Notes under the pieces: generated by a model | Databases searched by the model: none | Told to the model about the DNA's origin: nothing | The model's input: the letters and a program-made list of their open reading frames with translations, nothing else | From: an uncultured Gemmatimonadales bacterium | GTDB taxonomy: Bacteria; Gemmatimonadota; Gemmatimonadetes; Gemmatimonadales; GWC2-71-9 | Assembly: GCA_963825055.1 (NCBI GenBank) | Contig: CAWGSK010000011.1 | Span: 64,001-128,000 of the forward strand | Length of the DNA: 64,000 nucleotides | Direction of reading: 5' to 3' | Part shown: piece after piece, positions 52,129-61,452 of the stretch | How the letters are laid out: each line of letters begins with the position of its first letter | How positions within the stretch are numbered: the stretch's first letter is position 1 | Position numbers and translations under genes: made by a program

Positions 52129-54174
52129 CTACTCAGCCGGGTGGATCCGGACGGCCTGGCCGCCGCCCGGCGCCAGCACCACATGCAGCATGGATGTGCT
52201 GGTGACCGGCTGGCTGCTGATCGTCACCGGGAGCGGGTTGTCGAGCCAGTGTGCGCCCGGACCGTCGGCGTAGACCTCCGCCACGTACCGGCGGCCCGGA
52301 TCGAGGAACGAGAGCGGGACGTCGAACGTGCGCGGCTCTTCATCGGTGATGGCCCCCAGGAACCAGGTCGCCTTGCCGCGCTCCCGGCGGGCCACCACGA
52401 CATAGTCACCGATCCGGCCCGCGATGACCCGGGTGGTATCCCAGTCCACCGCCACGTCGCGGATGAACTGGAAGGCGGGCTGGCCCTCGTAATTCTCCGG
52501 GAGGTCGGCTGCCATCTGGAGCGGGGAATAGAGCACCACATAGAGCGCCAGCTGCTTGGCCAGCGTGGTGCGAACGCGGGCATCCTGCGGCCGCCGGGGC
52601 GCCCCGCCGCTCGTCTCAAGGATGTCGAAGATCCCCGGCGTGTAATCCATGGGACCCGCCAGCAGGCGGGTGAAGAACAGGATGGTCTCGTGCTCCGGCG
52701 GGTTGCCGCCGTCCCCGCTCCAGGCGTTGTACTCCTGCCCGCGCGCGCCCTCCCGGGTCATCATGTTGGGCCAGGTCCGCCGCTCTCCCGTGGGGTGCAT
52801 CGGTTCGTGAACGTCGAGCATGATACCGTATTCCGCCGCCTTCTCGATGACGTGGCGGTAGTGCCGGACCATGTACTGCGAGTAGTGCGAGTGCCCCTCG
52901 GTGGTCAGGTCGGTGACGTATCCTGACTTGATCGCGTCAAGGCCGAGCGAATGGTACAGCGCATAAGCGCTGTCGAGCTGCCGCTCGTAATTCCGGACAC
53001 CCCCGGACGTTTCATTGTGGACGATGAGACGGATGCCCTTCTCATGGGCGTAGGCGGCAACGGCGGCGAGATCGTAGTCGGGATAGGACTGCGTGAACGA
53101 GAACGCGTCCCGGTTGGCAATCCAGTCCCCGTCCCATCCCGTGTTCCAGCCCTCCACCAGCACGCCACCGAACCCGTTCGCGGCGGCGAAGTCGATGTAG
53201 CGCTTCGTGTTCCCGGTGGTGGCTCCGTGCTTCGGCCCGGAGTGCCACGTCATCGAGTTGATGTGCATCCCCCACCAGATGCCGACGTACTTCATCGGGT
53301 GGATCCAGTCCGTGTTCGCGATCCGGCTGGGTGGGTTCAGGTTGAGCCCGAGGAGGGAGGGAGAAAGGTCCTCGGGCCGGTCGGCCACCTGGATGGTACG
53401 CCAGGGGGTCTCGAACGGGGTATGCCCCGTGACCTTGGAGCCGTCGGCCATCGGCGCCAGCGCGGCCCGCAGTATCCGGCTCTCCCCCCGGGTGCCGGTC
53501 AGGAACATCCGCGCGTAGTCCACGAGATTGGCCTCATGGATCACCAGGTAGGTCCTGCCGTCCTGCGACTCGATCGTGAGGGGGGTCTGGACACTGTCCA
53601 GGCGGCTGACCGGGCCGGAGGTGTACAGCATCTCGGAGCGGTCCTTCCGGGGCCAGTCGGAGGGAATGGACCAGGCCCGGCCGTTGTCGGCCAGGTTGAA
53701 CTCGGTCAGTTCGTCCTGGATGGTGAACGCGCCCAGCCCGGGCTGTCCGGGAAGCTCATAGCGGAACCCCAGCCCATCGTCGAAGACCCGGAACCGGACC
53801 GTGAACTCCCGGAGGGGTGCGGCGACTTCCCGCACGGTCACCGCCAGCTCGCGGTGGTGGTCCCGCACCCGGCGAACTTCACCCCATGGCTGGGTCCACC
53901 ATTCGTCATGCTCCGCCGGCCGGAACGACTTGACGATGTGGAGCCCGCTCCCCAGGGGCGCGGCTCCCCGGAACGTGAAGCCGAGGCGGGAGGGCAGGAT
54001 GACCGGCCGGCCGTCCCGGGCAAGACTGTACACAAGTTCACCCTCCCGGAGCGCCACGGTCACCTGGTTCCGGCCGTCCGGAGACGCGACGGTGGCCTCC
54101 TGGCCCCGCAGGTCGAGGGGCCCAACCAGGAGGACGGCCTGCAGCGACAGCGCGATGAGGGCTGGACGGCCCAT
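52129..54174 (-). CDS. GH97 alpha-glucosidase (SusB-like)
   Basis: MKYVGIWWGMH, VLVEGWNTGW, HNET, DVHEP, REGARGQEYNAW, GPMDYTPG, SPLQMAAD. Confidence 0.93.
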   Translation of the reverse strand: MGRPALIALSLQAVLLVGPLDLRGQEATVASPDGRNQVTVALREGELVYSLARDGRPVILPSRLGFTFRGAAPLGSGLHIVKSFRPAEHDEWWTQPWGEVRRVRDHHRELAVTVREVAAPLREFTVRFRVFDDGLGFRYELPGQPGLGAFTIQDELTEFNLADNGRAWSIPSDWPRKDRSEMLYTSGPVSRLDSVQTPLTIESQDGRTYLVIHEANLVDYARMFLTGTRGESRILRAALAPMADGSKVTGHTPFETPWRTIQVADRPEDLSPSLLGLNLNPPSRIANTDWIHPMKYVGIWWGMHINSMTWHSGPKHGATTGNTKRYIDFAAANGFGGVLVEGWNTGWDGDWIANRDAFSFTQSYPDYDLAAVAAYAHEKGIRLIVHNETSGGVRNYERQLDSAYALYHSLGLDAIKSGYVTDLTTEGHSHYSQYMVRHYRHVIEKAAEYGIMLDVHEPMHPTGERRTWPNMMTREGARGQEYNAWSGDGGNPPEHETILFFTRLLAGPMDYTPGIFDILETSGGAPRRPQDARVRTTLAKQLALYVVLYSPLQMAADLPENYEGQPAFQFIRDVAVDWDTTRVIAGRIGDYVVVARRERGKATWFLGAITDEEPRTFDVPLSFLDPGRRYVAEVYADGPGAHWLDNPLPVTISSQPVTSTSMLHVVLAPGGGQAVRIHPAE

Positions 54175-54358
54175 GAGAAACCCGGAGGTGGAGGGGTTCG
54201 TGAAATTAGGCCGTCGGCCGCCGGGCCGCCAGCAGGGTCTTGCGCTTCCGTTCACCTTTCCCGTATATGTGGGCGGCGGCGGGCGGCCGGAGCGGCTGAT
54301 ACACCCGCCGAGGCTGCTCCAGGGCCCCCCATCCGACCATTCCTCAGGAACACCGACC

Positions 54359-56068
54359 GTGCACCAGATCCAGCTCGGCTCGATCGACTACGCCATCCTG
54401 ATCGTTTATTTCGCCTTCGTCCTCGGCATCGGCTTTGTGCTGCGCCGGTACGTGCGGAGCAGCGAGGACTTCTTCCTCTCGGGCCGGTCGATCCCCACGT
54501 GGATTGCCGGCCTCGCTTTCCTGTCCGCCAACCTCGGCGCGCAGGAGGTGATCGGCATGGCAGCGTCGGGCGCCAAGTACGGGATCATGACCAGCCACTT
54601 CTACTGGGTGGGGGCCATCCCCGCGATGGTCTTCGTGGGCGTGTTCATGATGCCGTTCTACTATGGCTCCAAGGCCCGGTCGGTGCCGGAATATCTGCGG
54701 CTCCGGTTCGACGAGAAGACCCGCGGTTTCAACGCGATGACGTTCGCCGCGATGACGGTGCTGTCGTCCGGCATCTCGATGTACGCCCTGGCCAAACTGC
54801 TCGAGCTCATCCTGGGGTGGAACTTCCACGCCAGCGTGGTCGTGTCCGCGGCTATCGTCCTGGTGTATATCCTGCTGGGGGGACTCACCTCCGCGATCTA
54901 CAACGAGGTGCTGCAGTTCTTCCTCATCGTCCTCGGCTTCCTGCCGCTGGTACTGCTCGGCCTCAAGGACGTCGGCGGATGGTCCGGCCTGACCGCCAAG
55001 CTGGCCCCCGTGGCCACGGACGCCGGCTATGCCCCTGGTGCCTGGACCGAGTCCTGGCAACACCTCGGGTCCGCGAGCGCCAACCCGATGGGCGTCGAAT
55101 GGTTCGGAATGATCATGGGGCTGGGCTTCGTGCTCTCCTTCGGGTACTGGTGCACCGACTTCCTCGTGGTGCAGCGCGCCATGGCCGCCGAGTCCATGAA
55201 TGCGGCCCGGCGGACCCCACTGGTGGCGGCCTTCCCCAAGATGCTGTTTCCCTTCCTCGTGATCCTGCCGGGGATGATCGCCATTGCGCTGCATGCGCAG
55301 AGCGGCGGCCTGCTGCCGATCGGGGCGGACGGCAATCCTGAATACAACCTGGCGATCCCGGTGCTGCTCGCGCACTACCTGCCGACCGGGCTCCTGGGCC
55401 TGGGCCTCACGGCACTCATGGCCTCCTTCATGTCGGGCATGGCGGGCAACGTGACGGCATTCAATACGGTCTGGACCTACGACATCTACCAGTCGTACAT
55501 CCGCCCGGGCCAGTCCGACCGGCACTACCTCTGGATGGGGCACACGGCCACCGTGTTCGGCATCCTCCTGAGCATCCTGGCGGCATATGCCACCACGAAG
55601 TTCAACAACATCATGGACATGCTCCAGCTGGTGTTCGCGTTCGTCAACGCCCCCCTCTTCGCGACTTTCCTGCTGGGGATGTTCTGGCGGCGCGCCACCG
55701 GTCACGGGGCGTTCTTCGGCCTCCTCCTCGGCACGGTCGGCGCCGCCGTCCATCATGGCCTGACCCTGCCCGCCGGCTCCACGCCCGGGATCAAGGGGGC
55801 CTTCCTCGGTGCCACCCTGCATACCTACCCGAGCGAGATGGCGCAGAACTTCTGGACGGCGATCTTCGCATGGTCCATCTGCTTCTTCGCCACGATCATC
55901 ATTTCGCTGGTGACCCGAAGCCCGCGCACCGATGAGGACCTGACGGGCCTGGTGTACTCCCTCACCCCCCGCGAGGTGGATCGTCACCTTGCCTGGTACC
56001 GGCGCCCCGCGACCCTCGGACTGCTGGTGCTGGCCTGTACGCTCGTGCTCAACATCATTTTCTGGTAA
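54359..56068 (+). CDS. Sodium:solute symporter (sugar, possibly galactose)
   Basis: DFFLSGRS, SANLGAQE, GGLTSAIYNEVLQF, YWCTDFLVVQRA. Confidence 0.92.
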   Translation: MHQIQLGSIDYAILIVYFAFVLGIGFVLRRYVRSSEDFFLSGRSIPTWIAGLAFLSANLGAQEVIGMAASGAKYGIMTSHFYWVGAIPAMVFVGVFMMPFYYGSKARSVPEYLRLRFDEKTRGFNAMTFAAMTVLSSGISMYALAKLLELILGWNFHASVVVSAAIVLVYILLGGLTSAIYNEVLQFFLIVLGFLPLVLLGLKDVGGWSGLTAKLAPVATDAGYAPGAWTESWQHLGSASANPMGVEWFGMIMGLGFVLSFGYWCTDFLVVQRAMAAESMNAARRTPLVAAFPKMLFPFLVILPGMIAIALHAQSGGLLPIGADGNPEYNLAIPVLLAHYLPTGLLGLGLTALMASFMSGMAGNVTAFNTVWTYDIYQSYIRPGQSDRHYLWMGHTATVFGILLSILAAYATTKFNNIMDMLQLVFAFVNAPLFATFLLGMFWRRATGHGAFFGLLLGTVGAAVHHGLTLPAGSTPGIKGAFLGATLHTYPSEMAQNFWTAIFAWSICFFATIIISLVTRSPRTDEDLTGLVYSLTPREVDRHLAWYRRPATLGLLVLACTLVLNIIFW

Positions 56069-56073
56069 CCGCC

Positions 56074-56295
56074 ATGAACCTGGACCTGCGCCTGCCTCTG
56101 GGACTGATGTTCACGGTCTTCGGTGCGCTGCTCACCGGCTTCGGGCTGGTTGGCAACAAGGCGATCTATGAACGCTCGCTGGGCATCAACGTGAACCTGT
56201 GGTGGGGCCTGGTGTTGCTCGCCTTCGGGCTCCTCATGCTGGCCCTGGCCGCCCGAGGCAGGGGCCGCATCCCACCCCCAGTCGACAAGGGCTGA
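56074..56295 (+). CDS. Small 2-TM protein accompanying the SSS transporter
   Basis: DLRLPLGLMF...GINVNLWWG; 5 nt after the SSS stop. Confidence 0.8.
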   Translation: MNLDLRLPLGLMFTVFGALLTGFGLVGNKAIYERSLGINVNLWWGLVLLAFGLLMLALAARGRGRIPPPVDKG

Positions 56296-56387
56296 CCCCG
56301 CCCATCGGCTGGCGCACAGGAGAGCGGCGCGGCATATTCGAACTGCCCCGGCAGTATCACCGGGTCATGCCGTCCAGGGAGTCCCCC

Positions 56388-56777
56388 ATGCGCATCCATC
56401 CGCGGTTGCTCATTCCTGCCATGCTCGTGCTCGTCGCTGCCTGCCACCACGGAATCAGCGAGGAGGACCAGGCCCCGCAACCGGAACTCCCGCCGGTCAG
56501 AATCGAGGTCATCAACAACTTCGCCCTCCCAGTGGAGATCTATGCCTCGGGCCAGGGAACGACCCGCCGCCTCGGCTTGGTCTACCCCGGCATGAGAGGC
56601 AGCTTCGATCTCCCACAGGGCCTGATCGGTTACGGATCGACCGAACTCCACGCCCTGCCAACGAATGGGGACAAGCTCTTCCGCTCAGGCCCCCTGCTGC
56701 TCTCCCCCGGGGCCTTCGTGGAATTCCGGGTCTCGCCGCAGATCTTCAACAGCACCGTCTCGGTCCACGCGCCCTGA
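56388..56777 (+). CDS. Hypothetical lipoprotein
   Basis: Lipobox VAAC; GGGAG RBS; beta-rich body. Confidence 0.65.
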   Translation: MRIHPRLLIPAMLVLVAACHHGISEEDQAPQPELPPVRIEVINNFALPVEIYASGQGTTRRLGLVYPGMRGSFDLPQGLIGYGSTELHALPTNGDKLFRSGPLLLSPGAFVEFRVSPQIFNSTVSVHAP

Positions 56778-56789
56778 GCGGCCCCGCTT

Positions 56790-58169
56790 TCAGTCCCCCG
56801 GGGGCCTGAGTACCAGGGCGCCATACCCCGGTAGAGCGACCTCATCTCCCTCCTGCACGGACCCGGTCAGAAGATCCCGCGCGCCGGCCACGCGCTCTCC
56901 CTGCACGGTGAACCGGGCCTGCGCGGCCCGCGCGTTCACCAGGACCAGCACCGCCCCCCGTCGATAGGCGATGATATCCGCCGGAGCGCTTGTCCCCACA
57001 GACTGAAGCGCGCCGGTCAGCAGGTCGGGGACGCTCCGTGACAGGTCAATCACCTTCCGGTAGAAGGCCCGCGCTTCACCGGCGCCGGCCCGGTCCCAGT
57101 CCACGGGGTCCCGCTCGAAGAGGCGGAGCACCTGCGGGCTCTCGATCGCCTGGCCGTTGTAAAGCAGCGGGCGGCCGGGCAGCAGCGCCATGGCCACGAA
57201 GGCCGCCCGGGCGCCCGCCGGCCCGTTGAACAGGATCAGTGGCGGAGCATCCCAGGCGGTCTCATCGTGGTTGGTGGTGAACCGGAGCCGCATGCCTCCG
57301 GCCGGCATCCCGGCCAGGTCAGCCACCTCGGCCGAGGCGAGACTGTCCGCCCGCGCACCCTTCCAGACCTGCTTCAGCCGCCGGTAGGTATCCCACGCAT
57401 AGGTCAGGTCGAACCCGCGCCGATGTGCCTCCATGTCGCCCGTCTCCGCCAGGAGGAGAATCTCCCGCGGGACGGAGGCCCGCAGCGCGGGGATGACCTC
57501 GCTCCAGTAATCCCACGGCACCCCCCGCGTCACGTCCACCCGGAAGCCGTCCACGTCGAACTCCACGAGCCAGCGCCGCATGGCATGGGTCATGGCCTGC
57601 CGGAGCGCGGGATTGTCGTAGTCGAGCTCGGCGACGTCGGTCCAGTCGGTCGGGTTGTTGTTCTCGTCCCGCGCGGGAATGAGGCCACCCTCGGCATTGC
57701 GGACGAAATAGTCAGGATGCTCGCTGACCCAGACAGCATCCCAGGCGGTGTGGTTCGGCACCCAGTCGAGAATCACCTTCATACCGCGGGCATGCACGGC
57801 GTCCACCAGCGCGCGGAAGTCGTCTTCGGTCCCGAAGTCGGGATTGATCGCCGAATAGTCACGCACAGCGTAGGGCGAACCGAGCGTCCCCTTGCGGTGC
57901 TCCACGCCGATGGGGAAGATCGGCATGAGCCAGAGCGTGTTGGCGCCCGTCGCCGAGATCCGGTCCAGCCCGTTCGTCACACCGCGAAAGTCGCCCCCGG
58001 CGGAGAAATCGCGCACGAAGACTTCGTAGATCGCGCTCCGCGCGACCCAGCCCGTGTCGGAGGCCGTGCCAGTGGCGCTCGTGGCGGCCGGGGAGCGGTG
58101 CGGGGGAGAGGCGTTGCAACCCACGGCCAGCAGGAGGACGAGGGAACTGAGGGCGTGACGGGATCGCAT
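56790..58169 (-). CDS. GH13 alpha-amylase lipoprotein
   Basis: IYEVFVRDF, GSPYAVRDY, DWVPNH, GFRVDV, LAE, TNHDE; lipobox AVGC. Confidence 0.9.
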   Translation of the reverse strand: MRSRHALSSLVLLLAVGCNASPPHRSPAATSATGTASDTGWVARSAIYEVFVRDFSAGGDFRGVTNGLDRISATGANTLWLMPIFPIGVEHRKGTLGSPYAVRDYSAINPDFGTEDDFRALVDAVHARGMKVILDWVPNHTAWDAVWVSEHPDYFVRNAEGGLIPARDENNNPTDWTDVAELDYDNPALRQAMTHAMRRWLVEFDVDGFRVDVTRGVPWDYWSEVIPALRASVPREILLLAETGDMEAHRRGFDLTYAWDTYRRLKQVWKGARADSLASAEVADLAGMPAGGMRLRFTTNHDETAWDAPPLILFNGPAGARAAFVAMALLPGRPLLYNGQAIESPQVLRLFERDPVDWDRAGAGEARAFYRKVIDLSRSVPDLLTGALQSVGTSAPADIIAYRRGAVLVLVNARAAQARFTVQGERVAGARDLLTGSVQEGDEVALPGYGALVLRPPGD

Positions 58170-58205
58170 GAAACAGTTCTCCCTGCGTGTTGTGGACGGA
58201 AAACT

Positions 58206-59819
58206 TTACGGACGGCTGCCCAGGTCGATCGCGAATGCGGTGCGGGGGGCCAGCTGTAGGTTGATCGCGCCGGAGGCATCCACGGTTCCCGCGGTCCCGA
58301 GGCAGATCCCGGTGCCGGCACCGCCGGTCAGGCGGTCACAATAGGAACCCGGCGTCAAGCCCGTGGGGATGGTGGCCGTGATGACAGTGTCCTCCATATT
58401 GATGGCCACGAACCCACGGTCCCCCCGCGAAAAGGCGATGGCATTTCGCCCGTCATCCCACCAGAGACTGACGGCAGTGCCGGCGACCACCCGCCGGAAA
58501 GCCACCATGGACCGGAGGGCCGGGTCGCGATGCTCGCAGACCCACTGCCCGGGGGTCGCACTCTCGAGGCTCGCGGCGCAGGTGACGTTGTTCGTGTTCC
58601 CGAGGCCGTCGGAGGGCGGCCCGACTGCGTTGCCCGCGGGACAGGTGAACGCGTAGCTCGATAGGATGGACGGATAGCCGTAGGGCTGGGCCAGCATCCA
58701 CACGTTCGCCAGCCGGAACACATCCCCATCGTGGTAGCCCAGGCCGCAGTTGTGCTGTGTGTCATGATTCTGGAGGAAGACGACAGCCTTGTCCGCGGGC
58801 ATCAGCCCCCAGGCGGCGGGCGAGAAGCGGCTGCCGGGAGGACCGTTGGGGTTGAGCTGGGCGATGTACTGCCCGCCCGTCCCGAGAAACTTGTCGGCGA
58901 CGCCGGAGAAGGTGAACTCGGTGATGTCCGCCGCCGCCCCGGAGCGATAGCCGGCCCCGTAGTAGTCCGACGGCCCGACGGCCTCCCCCGCTCCCCCACT
59001 CACCTCGAGATAATAGTACGGGATCGCGTGCCCCTCCGCGGTCATCGTGGAATCGACCGTGGCCAGGATTTCGTCCAGTTCCGCCTGCTGGATGTGCTTC
59101 GCGGCGTCGATCCGGAAGCCTGCCACGCCGAGCCGGGCCAGTCCGCTCAGGTAGGCGGCAATCTTCGCCCGGACAGAGGGCGATCCGGTGTCGAGGTCGG
59201 GGAGGGAGAACAGTTCGCACTCCTGCACCGTCGCGGCGTCCTGGTAGTTGTCCAGGGCACAGGGCGGGTGGAAGTCGCCGGGACTGTAGAGGCCCGGGTA
59301 GGAGTACTTCGAATACGCCGTGCCATTGCTGCCCGTGCCCGGACTCGGGAAGTTGGTCATGTGGTTGATGACCGCATCCACGTAGATCCCGACCCCCACC
59401 GCCCGGCAGCGCTGCACCATGTTTGCAAATTCCGTCCCGGTGCCGGAGCGGCTCCGGGCGAGACTGTAGCTCACCGGCTGGTAGCGCTCGCTCCAGGGGT
59501 AGTTGGGCGGCTCGAGGCTGTGCTCCTGGGGCGGGGAGACCTGCACGGCCGCAACGCCGGCCGGACCGAGGACCTGCTCGCACTCGGTCGCGATATCGGG
59601 CCACTTCCATTCGAAGAGATGCACGAACACGTCCCCGGCCGCGGCATGCCCGCTGGGCCGGTAGGTGGCCGGCAGGGTCGGCCGTCCGGAAGGAGGCTGG
59701 CCCGTAGACGGTGGCCCCCCCGGGTCCCCGCAGGCCAGAAAGGCAGCCGCGAGCAGGGCCCCGGAAAGGCCACAGCCCCGCCGCCACGAGGGCGGCGGGG
59801 CTGCGGGAAGAAGGTTCAT
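58206..59819 (-). CDS. GH13 alpha-amylase lipoprotein (animal/actinobacterial type)
   Basis: VHLFEW, VQVSPPQE, ERYQPVSY, DAVINHM, GFRIDAAKH, QNHD, WVCEHR, IAFSRG. Confidence 0.92.
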   Translation of the reverse strand: MNLLPAAPPPSWRRGCGLSGALLAAAFLACGDPGGPPSTGQPPSGRPTLPATYRPSGHAAAGDVFVHLFEWKWPDIATECEQVLGPAGVAAVQVSPPQEHSLEPPNYPWSERYQPVSYSLARSRSGTGTEFANMVQRCRAVGVGIYVDAVINHMTNFPSPGTGSNGTAYSKYSYPGLYSPGDFHPPCALDNYQDAATVQECELFSLPDLDTGSPSVRAKIAAYLSGLARLGVAGFRIDAAKHIQQAELDEILATVDSTMTAEGHAIPYYYLEVSGGAGEAVGPSDYYGAGYRSGAAADITEFTFSGVADKFLGTGGQYIAQLNPNGPPGSRFSPAAWGLMPADKAVVFLQNHDTQHNCGLGYHDGDVFRLANVWMLAQPYGYPSILSSYAFTCPAGNAVGPPSDGLGNTNNVTCAASLESATPGQWVCEHRDPALRSMVAFRRVVAGTAVSLWWDDGRNAIAFSRGDRGFVAINMEDTVITATIPTGLTPGSYCDRLTGGAGTGICLGTAGTVDASGAINLQLAPRTAFAIDLGSRP

Positions 59820-59836
59820 ATTCTTGCGTCGCGGGC

Positions 59837-61408
59837 TCAGTAGCCCGGGTTCTGGACCAGGTTCGGATTGGCCGACAGCTCCGTGACCGGAATCGGGTAG
59901 AGCTCGAGATGCGGGTCCGTCGACTGCCCGGCCGCCGTCCCGCCCTTCCAGGCCCACAGGTAGCTGCTGCCGCTGAACTGCCCGAAGCGGATCAGGTCGC
60001 TCCGGCGCTGAGCCTCCCAGAGCAGTTCCCGCCCCCGCTCATCCAGGACGAACTGCAGGGTCAGCTCGGGCGCGGTGATGTCGCCGCTGTTGTCCCCGTA
60101 CGCCCGCTGACGAAGCGCGTTCACATAGCCGAGGGCCGTGGTGCCGCTCCCGCCACCACCGCGGAGGAACGCCTCGGCATAGATCAGGTAAGCATCGGCC
60201 AGGCGGAACATCGGGAAGTCCGTGTCCGCGAACGAAATATTGGAGCCAACGCCACCCGTGGACGTCACGTTCTGGTACTTCGGTGCCGCGATACCCTCGG
60301 CAAAGTTGGAGAGCGAGGTGATCGCGACCGTCTGGTTGGTGGTGAAGAAGTACGACTGGCGCGTGTCACCGGCGGCATAGAGGTTGTACGCCTCGGGCCG
60401 CAGCCGGATACCCCACCAGCAGCCGTCAATGCCGTAGACGGCCGGGTCCATGGTATTGCCGCAGGAGGCATGAGTCAGGAAGGTCGTGCCCCCATAGCTC
60501 TGCGCGTGCTGGCCGTCCTGGATGATCGGGAAGATGATCTCCGGGGAGGTGTTGTTGTCGGCCAGAAAGATGTCCTGGTAGTTGTCATCGAGTGTGAATG
60601 GACCCGCGATGGCCGCCTGGGCCGCCGTCAGGGCCTCCGCATAGTGCGGCGTCCCGGTGTAGACCTCGGCGTTCAGGTACACGTGGGCCAGGAGCATGGA
60701 GGCCGCGGCGTCAGTCGCCCGGCCGTACGTTCCCGCTCCGGCAACCGGCAGCTGGCTCTGGATGCTGGTGAGTTCGCTGACGACGAAGTCGTAAATTTCC
60801 GACCGCGTGGCCTGCTCCGGCGGGGTCGACCCCAGCGGGAAGTTCTCGTCCACCAGAGGGATATTCCCGATCAGGTCGAGCCCGTGCCAGTAGGCCAGGG
60901 CGCGGAGGAAGCGGGCCTCGGCGCGGAAGGTGCCGATGTCGGTCCGCAGCTTCCCGCTGACGCCCCGCTCATCGAGCTTGGCGTCGGTGGTCTGGCGAAG
61001 GAACTCGTTCGCCAGGGCCACCTCGAAGTAGATCCGGGAATACATGCCCGAAACAAACGGGTTCGAGGAGCCCCAGACCATGGTGTTCAACTCGGGCAGG
61101 CCCTGGTCGCCCCAGGCGATCACGGCCTCGTCGGTCGGGAGCTCCTGGAGTTCCCAGTACAGTCGCATGTACTGGGAGAAGCCCTCGTCGGTGATGCTCT
61201 GGATGTCACCATCACCGGCCGGGCCCTGCTGGCCGCTCACGGCGAATCCGGCGTAGATCTTGGCCAGGAAGGCCCGGTAGGACCCCTGGTCTGTGAAAAT
61301 ATTGGTCTCCGTCACGGTGCTGGTCGGAGCCACCGTCGGGTCGGTACAGGCGGCCAGGCCCAGCAGCAGGGCGGCGCCGGTGGCGACCATGTGGATACGG
61401 CGGTTCAT
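59837..61408 (-). CDS. susD: SusD/RagB family glycan-binding lipoprotein
   Basis: Lipobox LAAC; ELPTDEA, EARFLRAL, FRLADAYLIYAEA, LDERGRELLWE..RRSDLIRFG, QNPGY. Confidence 0.93.
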   Translation of the reverse strand: MNRRIHMVATGAALLLGLAACTDPTVAPTSTVTETNIFTDQGSYRAFLAKIYAGFAVSGQQGPAGDGDIQSITDEGFSQYMRLYWELQELPTDEAVIAWGDQGLPELNTMVWGSSNPFVSGMYSRIYFEVALANEFLRQTTDAKLDERGVSGKLRTDIGTFRAEARFLRALAYWHGLDLIGNIPLVDENFPLGSTPPEQATRSEIYDFVVSELTSIQSQLPVAGAGTYGRATDAAASMLLAHVYLNAEVYTGTPHYAEALTAAQAAIAGPFTLDDNYQDIFLADNNTSPEIIFPIIQDGQHAQSYGGTTFLTHASCGNTMDPAVYGIDGCWWGIRLRPEAYNLYAAGDTRQSYFFTTNQTVAITSLSNFAEGIAAPKYQNVTSTGGVGSNISFADTDFPMFRLADAYLIYAEAFLRGGGGSGTTALGYVNALRQRAYGDNSGDITAPELTLQFVLDERGRELLWEAQRRSDLIRFGQFSGSSYLWAWKGGTAAGQSTDPHLELYPIPVTELSANPNLVQNPGY

Positions 61409-61452
61409 GTTCCTGTCCTTTCTCGAATGCTCGAGAGCCATGGGGGCGTTGC

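Noticed and set aside
52951..55341. Long alternative-frame and antisense ORFs (e.g. 52951-55341, 19999-22128, 16832-18481, 59711-61456)
   Set aside because: Shadow ORFs of high-GC coding regions; they overlap well-supported genes and carry no motifs.
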